From Macrostomum lignano (lineage: Eukaryota): 64,000 nt of DNA. The stretch is from positions 1 through 64,000 of the forward strand of contig NIVC01000793.1 in the NCBI GenBank assembly GCA_002269645.1, written 5' to 3'. Below, piece after piece: positions 33,901 to 43,734 of the stretch (the stretch's first letter is position 1; the number at the start of each line of letters is the position of its first letter). A program made the position numbers and the translations under genes. The notes under the pieces are model-generated. The model was not told where the DNA came from. It saw only the letters and a list, made by a program, of their open reading frames with translations, and ran no database searches.

Positions 33901-36305
33901 AAGTGCGGCAGGAAACAGCGGCCTTCAGTCTCAGCTTGCGACACTTTTCGGATATACCCTTGCTGTTCATACTTTTCAAGGATCTCCTGATACTGCTTGC
34001 AGACGTTCATATCCTTAATCAGCCGCTGTTCGGTGTTCTTTAGTCGCTTCAAGGCCATTGAGAAAGTGCCTGCTGGAGCCAGCCGATCCTTTTTCCATGG
34101 AATCCCGATCTGGTAACGGCCCTTCGTGTACTTTAGCGACGACTTGGCTTGCTGGACGGCTCTCTCCTCATCGGCGGTCAGCGGACTTCGATTGGCACCT
34201 TCTGAGACGTTCTCGATCTCCCAAAACTGCCGCAGGATCTTAGCCACCTGACCAGATTCGGAATCGCAGCTGAAGAAAGTGGCAGCAAAATGGGCGTTCT
34301 GCATCTCAGAATTGTCCTGCTCTGTGCGACCGATGCACGTCCAACCCAGGGGAGTCAGGCGCGCCTTTGGCTCCAGCGGCTGTCCGACGATTTCTTTGAG
34401 AGACACGTGAAGATCCGGGTGATCAGCACCAATCAGCAAGTCCACTACTGCAGGCTCACACAGCTTCGGAAACGGCACATTTCTCAGATGAGGCCACTGC
34501 TGCGCTTCTTCGTGCCAGTCGACGCCTTTGAGGGACCCAGTCAAGTGATCAGCGGTGAAGGCGACGATCATTGAGCTGGTCTGACCATCCAGACTTTCCA
34601 AGCTAAAGCAGACTGGGGCTGTCATGAAGGTCTCTGTTTGGCCATTGATGACTCCGACTTTCACCTTTTCGAGCGCTCCATGCACTCCAAGCGCTTCTGC
34701 TATCCCGATGTTGACGTAGCTCCTGGTACTGGCATCGTCGAGCAAGGCATTCACCTTCAGCTTCCGGGACCCGTTCCGTAGGACTACAGGTACCGTTCGT
34801 AGCGAGATTGCCGTTTCACCAGCCGACAGAAGCGTCACCGGTCCAGTCTTTCCTGAACTGGAAGCGGATTTAGCGTCCTTGGATGCAGTCTGCTTCGCTT
34901 CACCAGACTTGGCCAACACTTTTTCTGCATGAAGCAGGCGATGATGGAACTTTGTGCAGCTGCTGATGCCGCACCGACGACCACGCCGACATTGGCTGCC
35001 AAGATGTCCTTGGCCCAAGCACCGGAAACAACACTTCGAGCTCTGCGCCGCGTCCCAGCGTTTTTCCACCGGAAGCTCCTTGAACTCACTGCAGGACCAC
35101 AGCTCGTGATCACCTTGACAAACAATGCAAATCTTTCGCTGTACCTTCTTGTCACTGTCCGTAGTAACGAAAGTCTTTGGTCGCTGCTCTCGCTTTTGAC
35201 GCTCCTGCTGCATGGTGGCAACGCCCTGCACAATCTCTGACGCTTCAGTCTGAAACTCTGCTTCTTGCAGCACCCAAATTCTCAGATTTCTAACACTCTC
35301 CGGCTTCCGCTGCTCAAAGATCCACCTCCGGTAGCTGGCAACCATCTGCTCAGGCAACTTTTTCTGCAGCCTCACATACAACATCCCATCTTGAAGCTCT
35401 GCCTCTTTACCCGCATCCTCAAGGTTAACGACAGCCACATCCAGTAGATTAGCAAAGCTTTTCAGATCCTTGGCGTTTCCGTTTCGCACGATCGGGAAGC
35501 TGTCCAGCTCTTCCAAGTGCAGAGCAAGTTGCCTACGCTGTCCACCAAATTCTCTCTCTAGTCTCTCTTTTGCAGCCTCATATGCAGCAGCGGAGTGTCC
35601 TAGATGTTCTATAACCTTCAAAGCTTCACCGCTGAGGTACTGCCTAAGCTGCAGCAACTTGAATTCTGGTGTTGCAGGGGCGCTGTCGATGCACGCAACA
35701 AAGGCTGCCTTCCAGTTTTCATACTTCTGCTTTTCTCCACTAAATGTTGGGATTTCAACACGCTTCAGCATCTTCCACAAATCCTTTGAAAGCTCCTTCG
35801 GGTTGGATCCTTTGCTGGACGCAGCACTGCCAGAAAGTTTGTCTAACTCACCAGCTGCTTCTTCTTGGTCACCCGCAGCGTTCTCACCGCTTGAACTCGC
35901 GGCAGGAGGGGCTTCTTGGGCGCGCTGCAATCCCCGGTTTCTGGAACTTTCGACGCGCTGAATGGCAGCTTGGTAGTCGCGCTCAGTCTCCTCCATCTCT
36001 TCTAGTAGGCGCTGTCGCCTCTCGTTGTCCTTGGCGTCGGCGTAGCCTTGATGCAGTTCTTCTTGGATGGCGCTGACCAGGTCCTGCAGGTCGGATAGAG
36101 CGTCGCAGGCAGCTTGCACTTCGTCATCAGAGGCGCGCGTCTTTAGCAGCCAAGAAAGCTTGTTTTTGCAACGAGTGAACGTTGCTTTTTTTCGGGATTT
36201 CTCGAAGCGCAGCTTCTCTAAACGCAGGGCGCCGGCATCGTCTTGGGCTTCCTGCTGCTGCTGCTCATTGGCGTCGTCACTGTCCATCCTGGTCCTTCGT
36301 TTCAC
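30927..36305 (-). CDS. BEL/Pao gag-pol polyprotein (1792 aa)
   Basis: IPTFSGE and FPIVRNGN (gag), CCHC knuckles, LLDDAS (protease), YMDD (RT), FVDASEKAYGA (RNase H), VDFAGP and SDNGTNF (integrase), WPLARV tail. Confidence 0.97.
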   Translation of the reverse strand: MKRRTRMDSDDANEQQQQEAQDDAGALRLEKLRFEKSRKKATFTRCKNKLSWLLKTRASDDEVQAACDALSDLQDLVSAIQEELHQGYADAKDNERRQRLLEEMEETERDYQAAIQRVESSRNRGLQRAQEAPPAASSSGENAAGDQEEAAGELDKLSGSAASSKGSNPKELSKDLWKMLKRVEIPTFSGEKQKYENWKAAFVACIDSAPATPEFKLLQLRQYLSGEALKVIEHLGHSAAAYEAAKERLEREFGGQRRQLALHLEELDSFPIVRNGNAKDLKSFANLLDVAVVNLEDAGKEAELQDGMLYVRLQKKLPEQMVASYRRWIFEQRKPESVRNLRIWVLQEAEFQTEASEIVQGVATMQQERQKREQRPKTFVTTDSDKKVQRKICIVCQGDHELWSCSEFKELPVEKRWDAAQSSKCCFRCLGQGHLGSQCRRGRRCGISSCTKFHHRLLHAEKVLAKSGEAKQTASKDAKSASSSGKTGPVTLLSAGETAISLRTVPVVLRNGSRKLKVNALLDDASTRSYVNIGIAEALGVHGALEKVKVGVINGQTETFMTAPVCFSLESLDGQTSSMIVAFTADHLTGSLKGVDWHEEAQQWPHLRNVPFPKLCEPAVVDLLIGADHPDLHVSLKEIVGQPLEPKARLTPLGWTCIGRTEQDNSEMQNAHFAATFFSCDSESGQVAKILRQFWEIENVSEGANRSPLTADEERAVQQAKSSLKYTKGRYQIGIPWKKDRLAPAGTFSMALKRLKNTEQRLIKDMNVCKQYQEILEKYEQQGYIRKVSQAETEGRCFLPHFPVLRPDKATTKVRIVFDASAARLNDQILQGPKLQRDLVDVLLRFRRHPIAIACDVAEMYLQIEMDPKDRPLHSFLWRDADPSKQPDVYEFNRVVFGVTSSPFLAQFVTRCHAEKLKGELPEAAETVLHSTYMDDSLDSAPTEAAACRLYDQLSELWRRAGMHARKWVSNSRAVLDRIPPEDRAAEVTLDSKELPSTKTLGVTWQSEQDEFTFKDENESRQVTTKRGLLKKLASVFDPLGLISPFVVQAKILMQELWQTGLDWDEPLNAELSAKVSAWCIDLKHLSEIRLSRALEGENSLSGSVHVFVDASEKAYGAVCYWRSETATDSERSVRLIISKTRVAPITTMSTPRLELMAAVLGVQLASKVAQSLQVPLRDAVFWSDSLNVLYWIRGRGKMFKPFVSSRVGEIQASTEPNQWRYVSTEKNPADLLSRGLSIKAVAASQLWWHGPQFLLEEAENWPKNKVQVPEQVEERRRCEDQSPAGESQRTYVTDVLERNHRLEPERFSSWIRAVRVHAWVARFANNCRLMKEHRDTGELSPAEIEAAESKIIQRAQQETFAEEIACLRAGKQLPGRSVISNLNPKLDVNDLLCADGRLKFADVLPFSTRFPIILPRSHRVTELIVKHHHESVQHLGTNQTLVALSNRFWIVSAREAIKSWEAKCAECRRRKARPASQIMAPLPSCRFKEPLRAFARVAVDFAGPFITKQGRGKARQKRYLALFTCLATRAVHLEVAFGMDTDSFLRTLQRMISRRGQPIELFSDNGTNFVGAARELRELVDVLDTQKLQQRTASQQLRWHFNPPAAPHFGGVHEIMIKAAKKAIWAILKEADVTDEELLSAFAGAEALLNSRPLTYQTAHPSDDVPLTPNHFLIGQVGGKFAPEVDAAIARSPSRRWRHVQQLVSQIWRRWLREWLPGLAPRSKWRRELPDLQPGDVALLVSPDSPRGHWPLARVLEVMRGSDGHVRVASIRVGDRTMTRPITKLCPISAG

Positions 36306-36373
36306 AGTAGGGTTCTATTGCTTGCCACGTCAGTGGTAAGTTAGGCTTGTCCAACCACGCTCTGCTACCAAAA

Positions 36374-36669
36374 TGTACTGTAGAAATGAAAAGACCGATG
36401 GTCCGCCAATAACTATTTTGGAGCTGAGGCTCAAGCGAGACGCTAACAAAACGAAAAGCGTAAACCGTACACAGGGCTAATAAGCCCTCTCGATGATATA
36501 TATATATATATTGCAGTCAGTCAGAATCAGCCAGCGTGGAGGGGGGTGGGTGAGATGGGCCTGGGCTAAATCAGCGTACATAGAAAATTGAATAATAAAC
36601 ACGTACGTACATTAAAACACGCAGTGGAATTGGAAAGAAAATCAATGCTACTAATCTACCTCCCAAACA
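36374..36669 (-). repeat. 5' LTR (296 bp)
   Basis: See 3' LTR. Confidence 0.97.
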
Positions 36670-37455
36670 CAGGGGATAAAGGGGATAAAATGGGGATCTC
36701 ATGTCAACTTAAGGCTCTGGAATGGAGCCCGAAGTTCAGCTCCGGCCCAAACCGACTGCAATCGATAACTTGTCGGCCCAGACGACTAGAATCGCCGAGA
36801 CATCCCATCCGGCTCCCTTCCTTGGGGTCCCAGGGGATAAAGGGGATAAAATGGGGATCTCATGTCAACTTAAGGCTCTGGAATGGAGCCTGAAGTTCAG
36901 CTCCGGCCCAAACCGACTGCAATCGATAACTTGTCGGCCCAGACGACTAGAATCGCCGAGACATCCCATCCGGCTCCCTTCCTTGGGGTCCCAGGGGATA
37001 AAGGGGATAAAATGGGGATCTCATGTCAACTTAAGGCTCTGGAATGGAGCCCGAAGTTCAGCTCCGGCCCAAACCGACTGCAATCGATAACTTGTCGGCC
37101 CAGACGACTAGAATCGCCGAGACATCCCATCCGGCTCCCTTCCTTGGGGTCCCAGGGGATAAAGGGGATAAAATGGGGATCTCATGTCAACTTAAGGCTC
37201 TGGAATGGAGCCTGAAGTTCAGCTCCGGCCCAAACCGACTGCAATCGATAACTTGTCGGCCCAGACGACTAGAATCGCCGAGACATCCCATCCGGCTCCC
37301 TTCCTTGGGGTCCCAGGGGATAAAGGGGATAAAATGGGGATCTCATGTCAACTTAAGGCTCTGGAATGGAGCCCGAAGTTCAGCTCCGGCCCAAACCGAC
37401 TGCAATCGATAACTTGTCGGCCCAGACGACTAGAATCGCCGAGACATCCCATCCC
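36670..37455 (+). repeat. 161-bp tandem array, inner part of the left arm (about 4.9 units)
   Basis: Resumes in register after the BEL TSD. Confidence 0.97.
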
Positions 37456-37757
37456 GTTTCAAGTGATGAAGCTCTATTCAATTCGAATATCGCATTAGCG
37501 TGTGTATTTTATTTCAGCTATTATATATTGTTTGCATTGTAATATTTCCGTCGTTTATTTTTTCCGGATTTTAGAGAATGTTTTCGCGGTTTTGATTTGA
37601 CCACTTTTGGGCGAGAGATTTTCGATACTGTGCGTCAAGTATTTGTAGCATTATTTTAAGTGATATATTAATGAAGTTAAGGTTTTGGTAAGTTTTTCTT
37701 TCTTAGTTTTATGACAGGTGCAGATTTGTTGCAGATTGCGTTTTATACTTGCTAGTA

Positions 37758-40121
37758 ATGTCCGATTTTACTTGCTCTCAATGTGGTCATCAATTCAGCA
37801 AAGCAGCCAATTTGAACCGACATCTCGAAACGACTAGATGTGGTCGCTGCTCATCTGAATCGTCTGGAGCCTTCGCGCCTCCGAGAAACGCACGAGAGGC
37901 GCTTCAGTTTCTTGCGGTCGGTGGTAAGTATGTGAAAGTTTTTTTGAACCCAAACCTTTTTCCACGAACCGCAAATGAGAAGGAGTTCAAACGTATTTGC
38001 GGTCTTAGCTATAGTGATTTCGATAGCTTCTCAGAAATGTTACCAGAAGTATCTCGCCTTCGTATTTTGACAAAGCCGTCTCGAATATTTTTGTACCTGA
38101 AGAAGCTTCGCCAAGGTTGCAGCTTTCAATCATTAGCTTTCGATTTCAACATTTCTGCCCAAAGAGCATGCGACATTTTTTGGGAGATTGCCAAGGAGCA
38201 GTACCTACGGGATCCATATCAACCGAGGTCGATAGCGTCGACTCCGATTCAGACTCTGCTTGAGGAAAATGTAGTACGCGATCAATTTATTCTCGGTGTA
38301 TTTCACACACTACTCAAAGGCAAGAAGCTTGTTCTTCTAGTGGGTGATCATACTTACTTTTATCTCCCTAAGAGCAGCTCACACCACACGCAAATTCGAA
38401 CTTACTTTTCCGGCAAGAAAATGAATGTGAACAAAAAAATGGCGGTTGTCAACAGTAGAGGAAAAATTATCTACACCGCTCCCCTTACCGCCGCTATCTC
38501 GCCAACAATGGGCGATGGGAATTTGACTGCAATGCAAGTTGACATGGAGGCTGAAGGACTAATAGAGCCCACTTTGTTGCGCATTCTATGCTCTGTACAG
38601 AAAGATTATCACGTTATTGGCATTTTCGACAAAGGTTACAGCCACCAGCTTTGTTCACCAACTTCGGTTAACTTCCGCGACTTTATAGAGACTAATAGTA
38701 AAGGCTGCACGACGCTTCTATTTCCGACCAGTCCAGGTGACCGAGTTCTAAACGAGCAGTTTGAATTTGTAAATAATGAGGCTCCTGTTGGTGACCGATC
38801 AATACCAGGAAAGCTTACATCAATCGAAGCAAATACAAGTCGCTGCGCTACGCTTTTCCGTTATCTCGTAGAATGTAGCTTTGCTGCAATCAAGCAGGAC
38901 AAATGCATAAATGAGCGACAGGAGCCGTACCAATGGCTACATGCCCCAGAGTTTACCGAACGCAGCCGGCTCGATGTTGTTATTGAAAACTCCATGGCAA
39001 AATTCAACCGTTCGCATCCAGGATTTCAAGCTACAAGGAGTCTGCCGCCGTCATGGTCAGATTGCTCCATTTTCGAATACGGACGGAACTTTGCTAAACG
39101 TCTTTTCATTGCGAATGAGCTAGACGAAATTGAGCAACTTGAGTACAATTGCGATTTGACTCGAATACCAACGGACAGCAGTGGATCCCCTGGACCCTGA
39201 AAGTTCAGGGTTCCCCAGCGTTGACGAAAGAAATCTGGAAGAGCTTAGCATCGGCCCATACCACGTTCTTCAGTCAAAACGCTACATCGAAAACGTCAGA
39301 GTCCATGAGGTACTCAGTAGCTACGCTGGAGACTCGTGGCGCGATTTCGAATTGTTGATTTCTGAACTGCCAAGCCATTTAAAATGCTGGAAGTTTCATC
39401 AGCGAGCGCCACCAAAGGGGTGGAGCAGTAAGTTTGGAGAATCTTGGATATATTTAGCCGTTCTTCATTCCCGTCATCGGTCACTTACCGAGTTGTCCTT
39501 CGTATTTGCGAAACTGCAAGCGGTAACCGATTCGGATTTCGTGACTCGGGGCTGCTGCGTCTGCATGGCTACTTTTCATCCTCAAAGGCCGGAAGCAGGA
39601 CATCAGATGCTTTCACAGAATTTTCACTCATTCAAACTTGTCGAGATTGCCAGCGCACAAGTGCTGAAGTTCCTGTTGGCACAATCGATAACAGAGTGAT
39701 TTGCATTCCTCTCTGTCAATTTGAGCGCTCAATTGTCAGTTTAGACAAAATCTTCTGCGCTTTTGTCGCTCCTCAAGTAGTGAAACGTTCGGACGCCAAT
39801 TGCCTGGGCGATTGTAATCAAGAGATCGTAGTAACACCTGGAAAGTTTACCCTGATTTATCTTGATCGTGCTAGTATGGATGGCCACCTAAAGCTTCAAA
39901 CTCCTGTAAGCTTTTCTGCAAGGTCAGTGGGTGTTTCTACACTTGGTAAGCCAGTGGCCACAATATCACACCATGGAAACCGACTGAAATCGGGACATTT
40001 CACAGCAAGCGTACTGAGCTGTGTGTGGACGAGAATTGACGACATGAAAGTTACGTCAGACTATAACCCGTTCGTACGTGAGCCTAAGTGCATCGTGCTC
40101 GTTGCACTTTTAAACTCGTAA
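37758..40121 (+). CDS. Zinc finger - HTH - DDE transposase followed by a USP (peptidase C19)-like domain; frameshifts near 39190 and 39480
   Basis: CSQCGHQFSKAANLNRH; LRQGCSFQSLAFDFNIS (HTH); GDHTY, FDKGY and RYLVECSF (DDE); FPSVDERNLEELSIGPYHV; CRDC; HHGNRLKSGHFTASV..WTRIDD (USP His box). Confidence 0.75.
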
Positions 40122-40808
40122 AAGCATTTTTAGCGAAAATACAATTGTTTTAAGCGAGTGTACTGTACGTTTTGTATTGCAGATTTTAAAGGACATGCAG
40201 ATTAAGAAACAATGTCATCTCACGCATTCTTTACGTACCATAGGTTACATGTGAAGATAATTCAGACTGACATCAAATAACAAAAGCTTTGCATTAGTTC
40301 TTTCAATTTCTTTTAGACTCACAATTAGCTAAAAACTGGAAGTATTTTTTACTGAATCAAAGAACTTAAACCCAAAAACCGTTTCTTAGGACTGAGAAAC
40401 TTTTGCAATTATGATTTTACTAAGCTTTGCGTGAGAGGCGTTACTTTATTTGCTTAAAAACGTGTGCTGCTTTGCATGACATGCTTTGTTTTTATTACTT
40501 TGATAACTTGTACAGCTTTGCATGATATGCTTTGTATCTATTACGTCATAACTTGTACAGCCTTGCGTGATATTCTTTATTTTACCAATATACATGGTTT
40601 CGGTTTATCGTCAAAAGTTCTGCGTACTAATAACCAAATGAATTTACCAGTTAATTTTTTCAAACTGAGTTTCCAGATCGGCATTTTTAACACTGTTTCG
40701 ATACGAACAAATCATTTTTATTACTTAACAATCAATATATAATAGCTGAAATAAAATACACCCGCTAATGCGATATTCGAATTGAATAGAGCTTCATCAC
40801 TTGAAACC

Positions 40809-41082
40809 GGATGGGATGTCTCGGCGATTCTAGTCGTCTGGGCCGACAAGTTATCGATTGCAGTCGGTTTGGGCCGGAGCTGAACTTCGGGCTCCATTCC
40901 AGAGCCTTAAGTTGACATGAGATCCCCATTTTATCCCCTTTATCCCCTGGGACCCCAAGGAAGGGAGCCGGATGGGATGTCTCGGCGATTCTAGTCGTCT
41001 GGGCCGACAAGTTATCGATTGCAGTCGGTTTGGGCCGGAGCTGAACTTCGGGCTCCATTCTGGTGCTTAAGTTGACATCCCC
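40809..41082 (-). repeat. Inverted 161-bp units forming the right arm (about 1.7 units)
   Basis: Reverse complement of the left arrays. Confidence 0.95.
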
Positions 41083-42824
41083 TTTCGCATTCAAGAAAGC
41101 ATAAAAGCAAGAAAAAATTACTTGTTTTGTCAAGCAAGTATGGTGCATCTGGTCAAACAGTAAGCCTATTAATTGGAAACATCTTTCTGTCGACGCCTTA
41201 AACATGAGTGTGAATATGGACAAGGTGCATATTTCGTCTGTACTTAGCTTTTCAGACCTTCATGATGACCAGGCATTGGAAGAATTCCTTCATTGGCTCG
41301 AGAACGACCAAGGCAATAATGAAGACATGCAGGAACTACCGCATTCCTTTTTGCAGTGCTAAATCATGAGTCTAAAGTGTCGAGCATCTTTGAGAACTAC
41401 AGCTTTGGGTGAGAAATTGATTATTACATCGTCAAATTTCGAATACAAACAGACTACGTGCACTGCGACATAATTTATCATGAACTCCTTCGTGTAGCTT
41501 GTATTTTAATTTAATTCGCTGTTGCCTTTTTGTTTATTTACTCATTGCTTTTCTGTATTTCTGTGAGGAATGTTTTGAATCCAAATTTCTATGGTAATAT
41601 TCGAAAACTGGGGAATGTGTACATGGTTTCGGAGGTATACAATTGTAGACTGTATATATGTACTCGCCACGACTTTTAGACAGAATATTTGTAGGCATAT
41701 GCGCAAGAAAGCATATTTGCCAACGCTTCAGCTATCCTTGAAATAGATCAAAATTGTTTTTTTTTCTACATATACATTTAAGAACACCAGAAGATGTATA
41801 AAATTACTCTCATTTTGATAAATAACTGAAAAAATTGTGCAATATGACTACAATTTTTATTTCAAGCGTGCGTTAAAAAAAGCATTGCATAAAGTCGGAA
41901 TAAAAGGTATAATAGCTACCCACGGTTTGATAAATAATGTATAAAAATTGAATTAAATACGAAGCAGCAGTTTGAGTTTGCCAGAAACAGGACAAATAAA
42001 TATTTAAAAAGCTGTTGTACTTTAAAAATAAAAATGATGTAAAACTTTTCAACTTGATAGCCAATAACAGAAGCGACCTAGGTTGGAAATCCACTACTCT
42101 ACTGATTGCATAAAACAGTGAGAAAGTGTATAGAAAATGTAAATAAAGCTCTAATTAACTGTCAAAACGTGTATATAAAAATAGGTAAAAATCAACTTTT
42201 AACTAAGAAACACATTGCAGTTTAGGTACTCTAACAACTTCTCAGTAGGAATTCGGTCACACGAATCAAAGATTGCAGTTGTTGCAGATTTGGCTCAATA
42301 AAAGTAATAATAGATCAGTGGGGTAATCTTGAAACTTTTGCTCTACCCGAATTCTTCTCTCTTGGGTCCTAAAGCTAGGAGCATGAAAAGCCTGGTGAAG
42401 AACGGTATCCTGAAGGAATCAATGACGGTTCGAGTGTAAATGCTGAATTTTTAACAAACTTCTGTGATTTTGGACGCCTTCGTTCGCATGTAAGAGCAGG
42501 GAAGCGTCTGACTCTCGCCCAAGAATTCGATTCCGTTTGCGGCGGCATTAATTTGGGATTTTTGCAGAAAAATCGTCCGCGGTGGGTTGACGGGCCAACT
42601 CCCAAGACACAGAGAGTGTACATGTACTTTCCTTACGATAAAAAAGTCAAGGTTAGCTCGTACTGTACACCCTATGGGCGTGTGTGCTCAGGGATCAGTG
42701 TGGAATCGACACAACTGCTTGCTAACTGCGGGCTGTCACCTTGATTTACGACAGTGCCCACTTTAAAACGCAGCAAAAATGATAGGAAGTTCACAACTAG
42801 CTGTTACTCATGGATTCTCTCTCA

Positions 42825-43136
42825 CTATTCGGCGTCAAAATACTCGATTGGCTCATCGGCAGACTTGCCCGTCTGCAGGCCACTCAGTCAGGAGGCCTCC
42901 ATTGTATGCGGCAGCGGCCGGAACACGCGCAGGTGGACGAACTCCGAGTGGCAAATGCGCACCTTGGCAAAATAATTGGTGCCAGCAACTACCTGGCTGG
43001 CGATCAGAACCGGTTCGAACTGGTCCTTGGATCGGCCAAGGCGAGCCTCCACGCTGGCCCGCACAGAGGCCAGTATGGCCTTCTCCATCTCGTCAGCCTC
43101 ACGAGCTGCACTGATTCCGGCACATCTGGTTGCCAT
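42825..43136 (-). CDS. Stefin (type 1 cystatin, cystatin A/B-like), intronless, in-frame TGA at 42888-42890
   Basis: N-terminal G, QVVAG, NYFAKV, HLRVFRPLP. After the TGA the frame continues LSGLQTGKSADEPIEYFDAE-TAG. Confidence 0.88.
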
Positions 43137-43235
43137 GGGAACCGGGTTTGGAATAATAGCTTAGTGTTCGAGGCTACAGGACAGTATACTGAAACACAAA
43201 TAATATTCAAGTTGCGATGTGCGAAATATAGCTGA

Positions 43236-43243
43236 TTTATATA
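43236..43243 (-). promoter_or_regulatory. TATA box of the stefin gene
   Basis: TATATAAA on the minus strand, about 100 nt upstream of ATG 43136. Confidence 0.55.
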
Positions 43244-43571
43244 GGGAGGGAGGGGCAAGCAAATTTTTTGTAAAAATTCCGATTATTTGAATATTAAATA
43301 ATGATACATTTACAGAGGCAGACTATAGATTTAAAGAAAATTCACAGACAAAAATGATTAAATATTAACACCTGTATGAAAAAAATACAACGATTTAGTC
43401 AAATTTAGTTTCTATTTTGATATAAGGTCACAGTATCATCAAAAAAACACTCGTCTAAATTTTATTTTTCACACTAGCCAATTAAGTGTGTTAGCTAGTG
43501 ATAAATTTTAGGTGATAAATTCATGTTAAAAATCGTTTGTTAATGCAGGACTTCATATATTTCATTGCGGT

Positions 43572-43734
43572 CAGGGGCAGATCCAAAAAGTTTCAAGGGA
43601 GGGGCAAGCTAAACGGAGCACTACAGCCCAATATTGGAAAATAGACATTGCATAGTTACAGGCAAAAAAAGTATGGCTCACTTTTTTGGCCACGGCTGGG
43701 GTCCCCATGCCCCTCTCCACTGGATCCGCCCATG
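43572..43734. mobile_element. Possible MITE
   Basis: Imperfect inverted ends CAGGGGCAGATCCA / TGGATCCGCCCATG. No clear TSD. Confidence 0.4.

Larger units (their letters stand above)
29902..36669 (-). mobile_element. Intact BEL/Pao LTR retrotransposon
   Basis: TG..CA LTRs and 5-bp TSD CAGGG (29897-29901, 36670-36674). PBS TGGTAGCAGAGC (tRNA-iMet type) next to LTR 36374. Purine tract GGTGGGGGGTA next to LTR end 30199. Confidence 0.97.
29281..41082 (+). mobile_element. PHIS-group (Harbinger/ISL2EU/Spy-like) DNA transposon with tandem-repeat inverted arms, interrupted by a BEL element
   Basis: Inverted termini GGGGAT(T/G)TCAACTTAAGCACCAGAATGG at 29281 and 41082. Arms are 161-bp units plus a unique inner inverted segment (about 37455-37529 versus 40733-40808). 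DDE_Tnp_4-like ORF in the middle. Confidence 0.82.

Noticed and set aside
29305-41223. Repeated MEPEVQLRPKP ORFs
   Set aside because: Translations of the 161-bp unit, which shift frame each repeat; not a gene family.
42650-42824. SECIS element for the stefin UGA
   Set aside because: An AUGA is present but I could not find a proper stem, AA loop and GA quartet.
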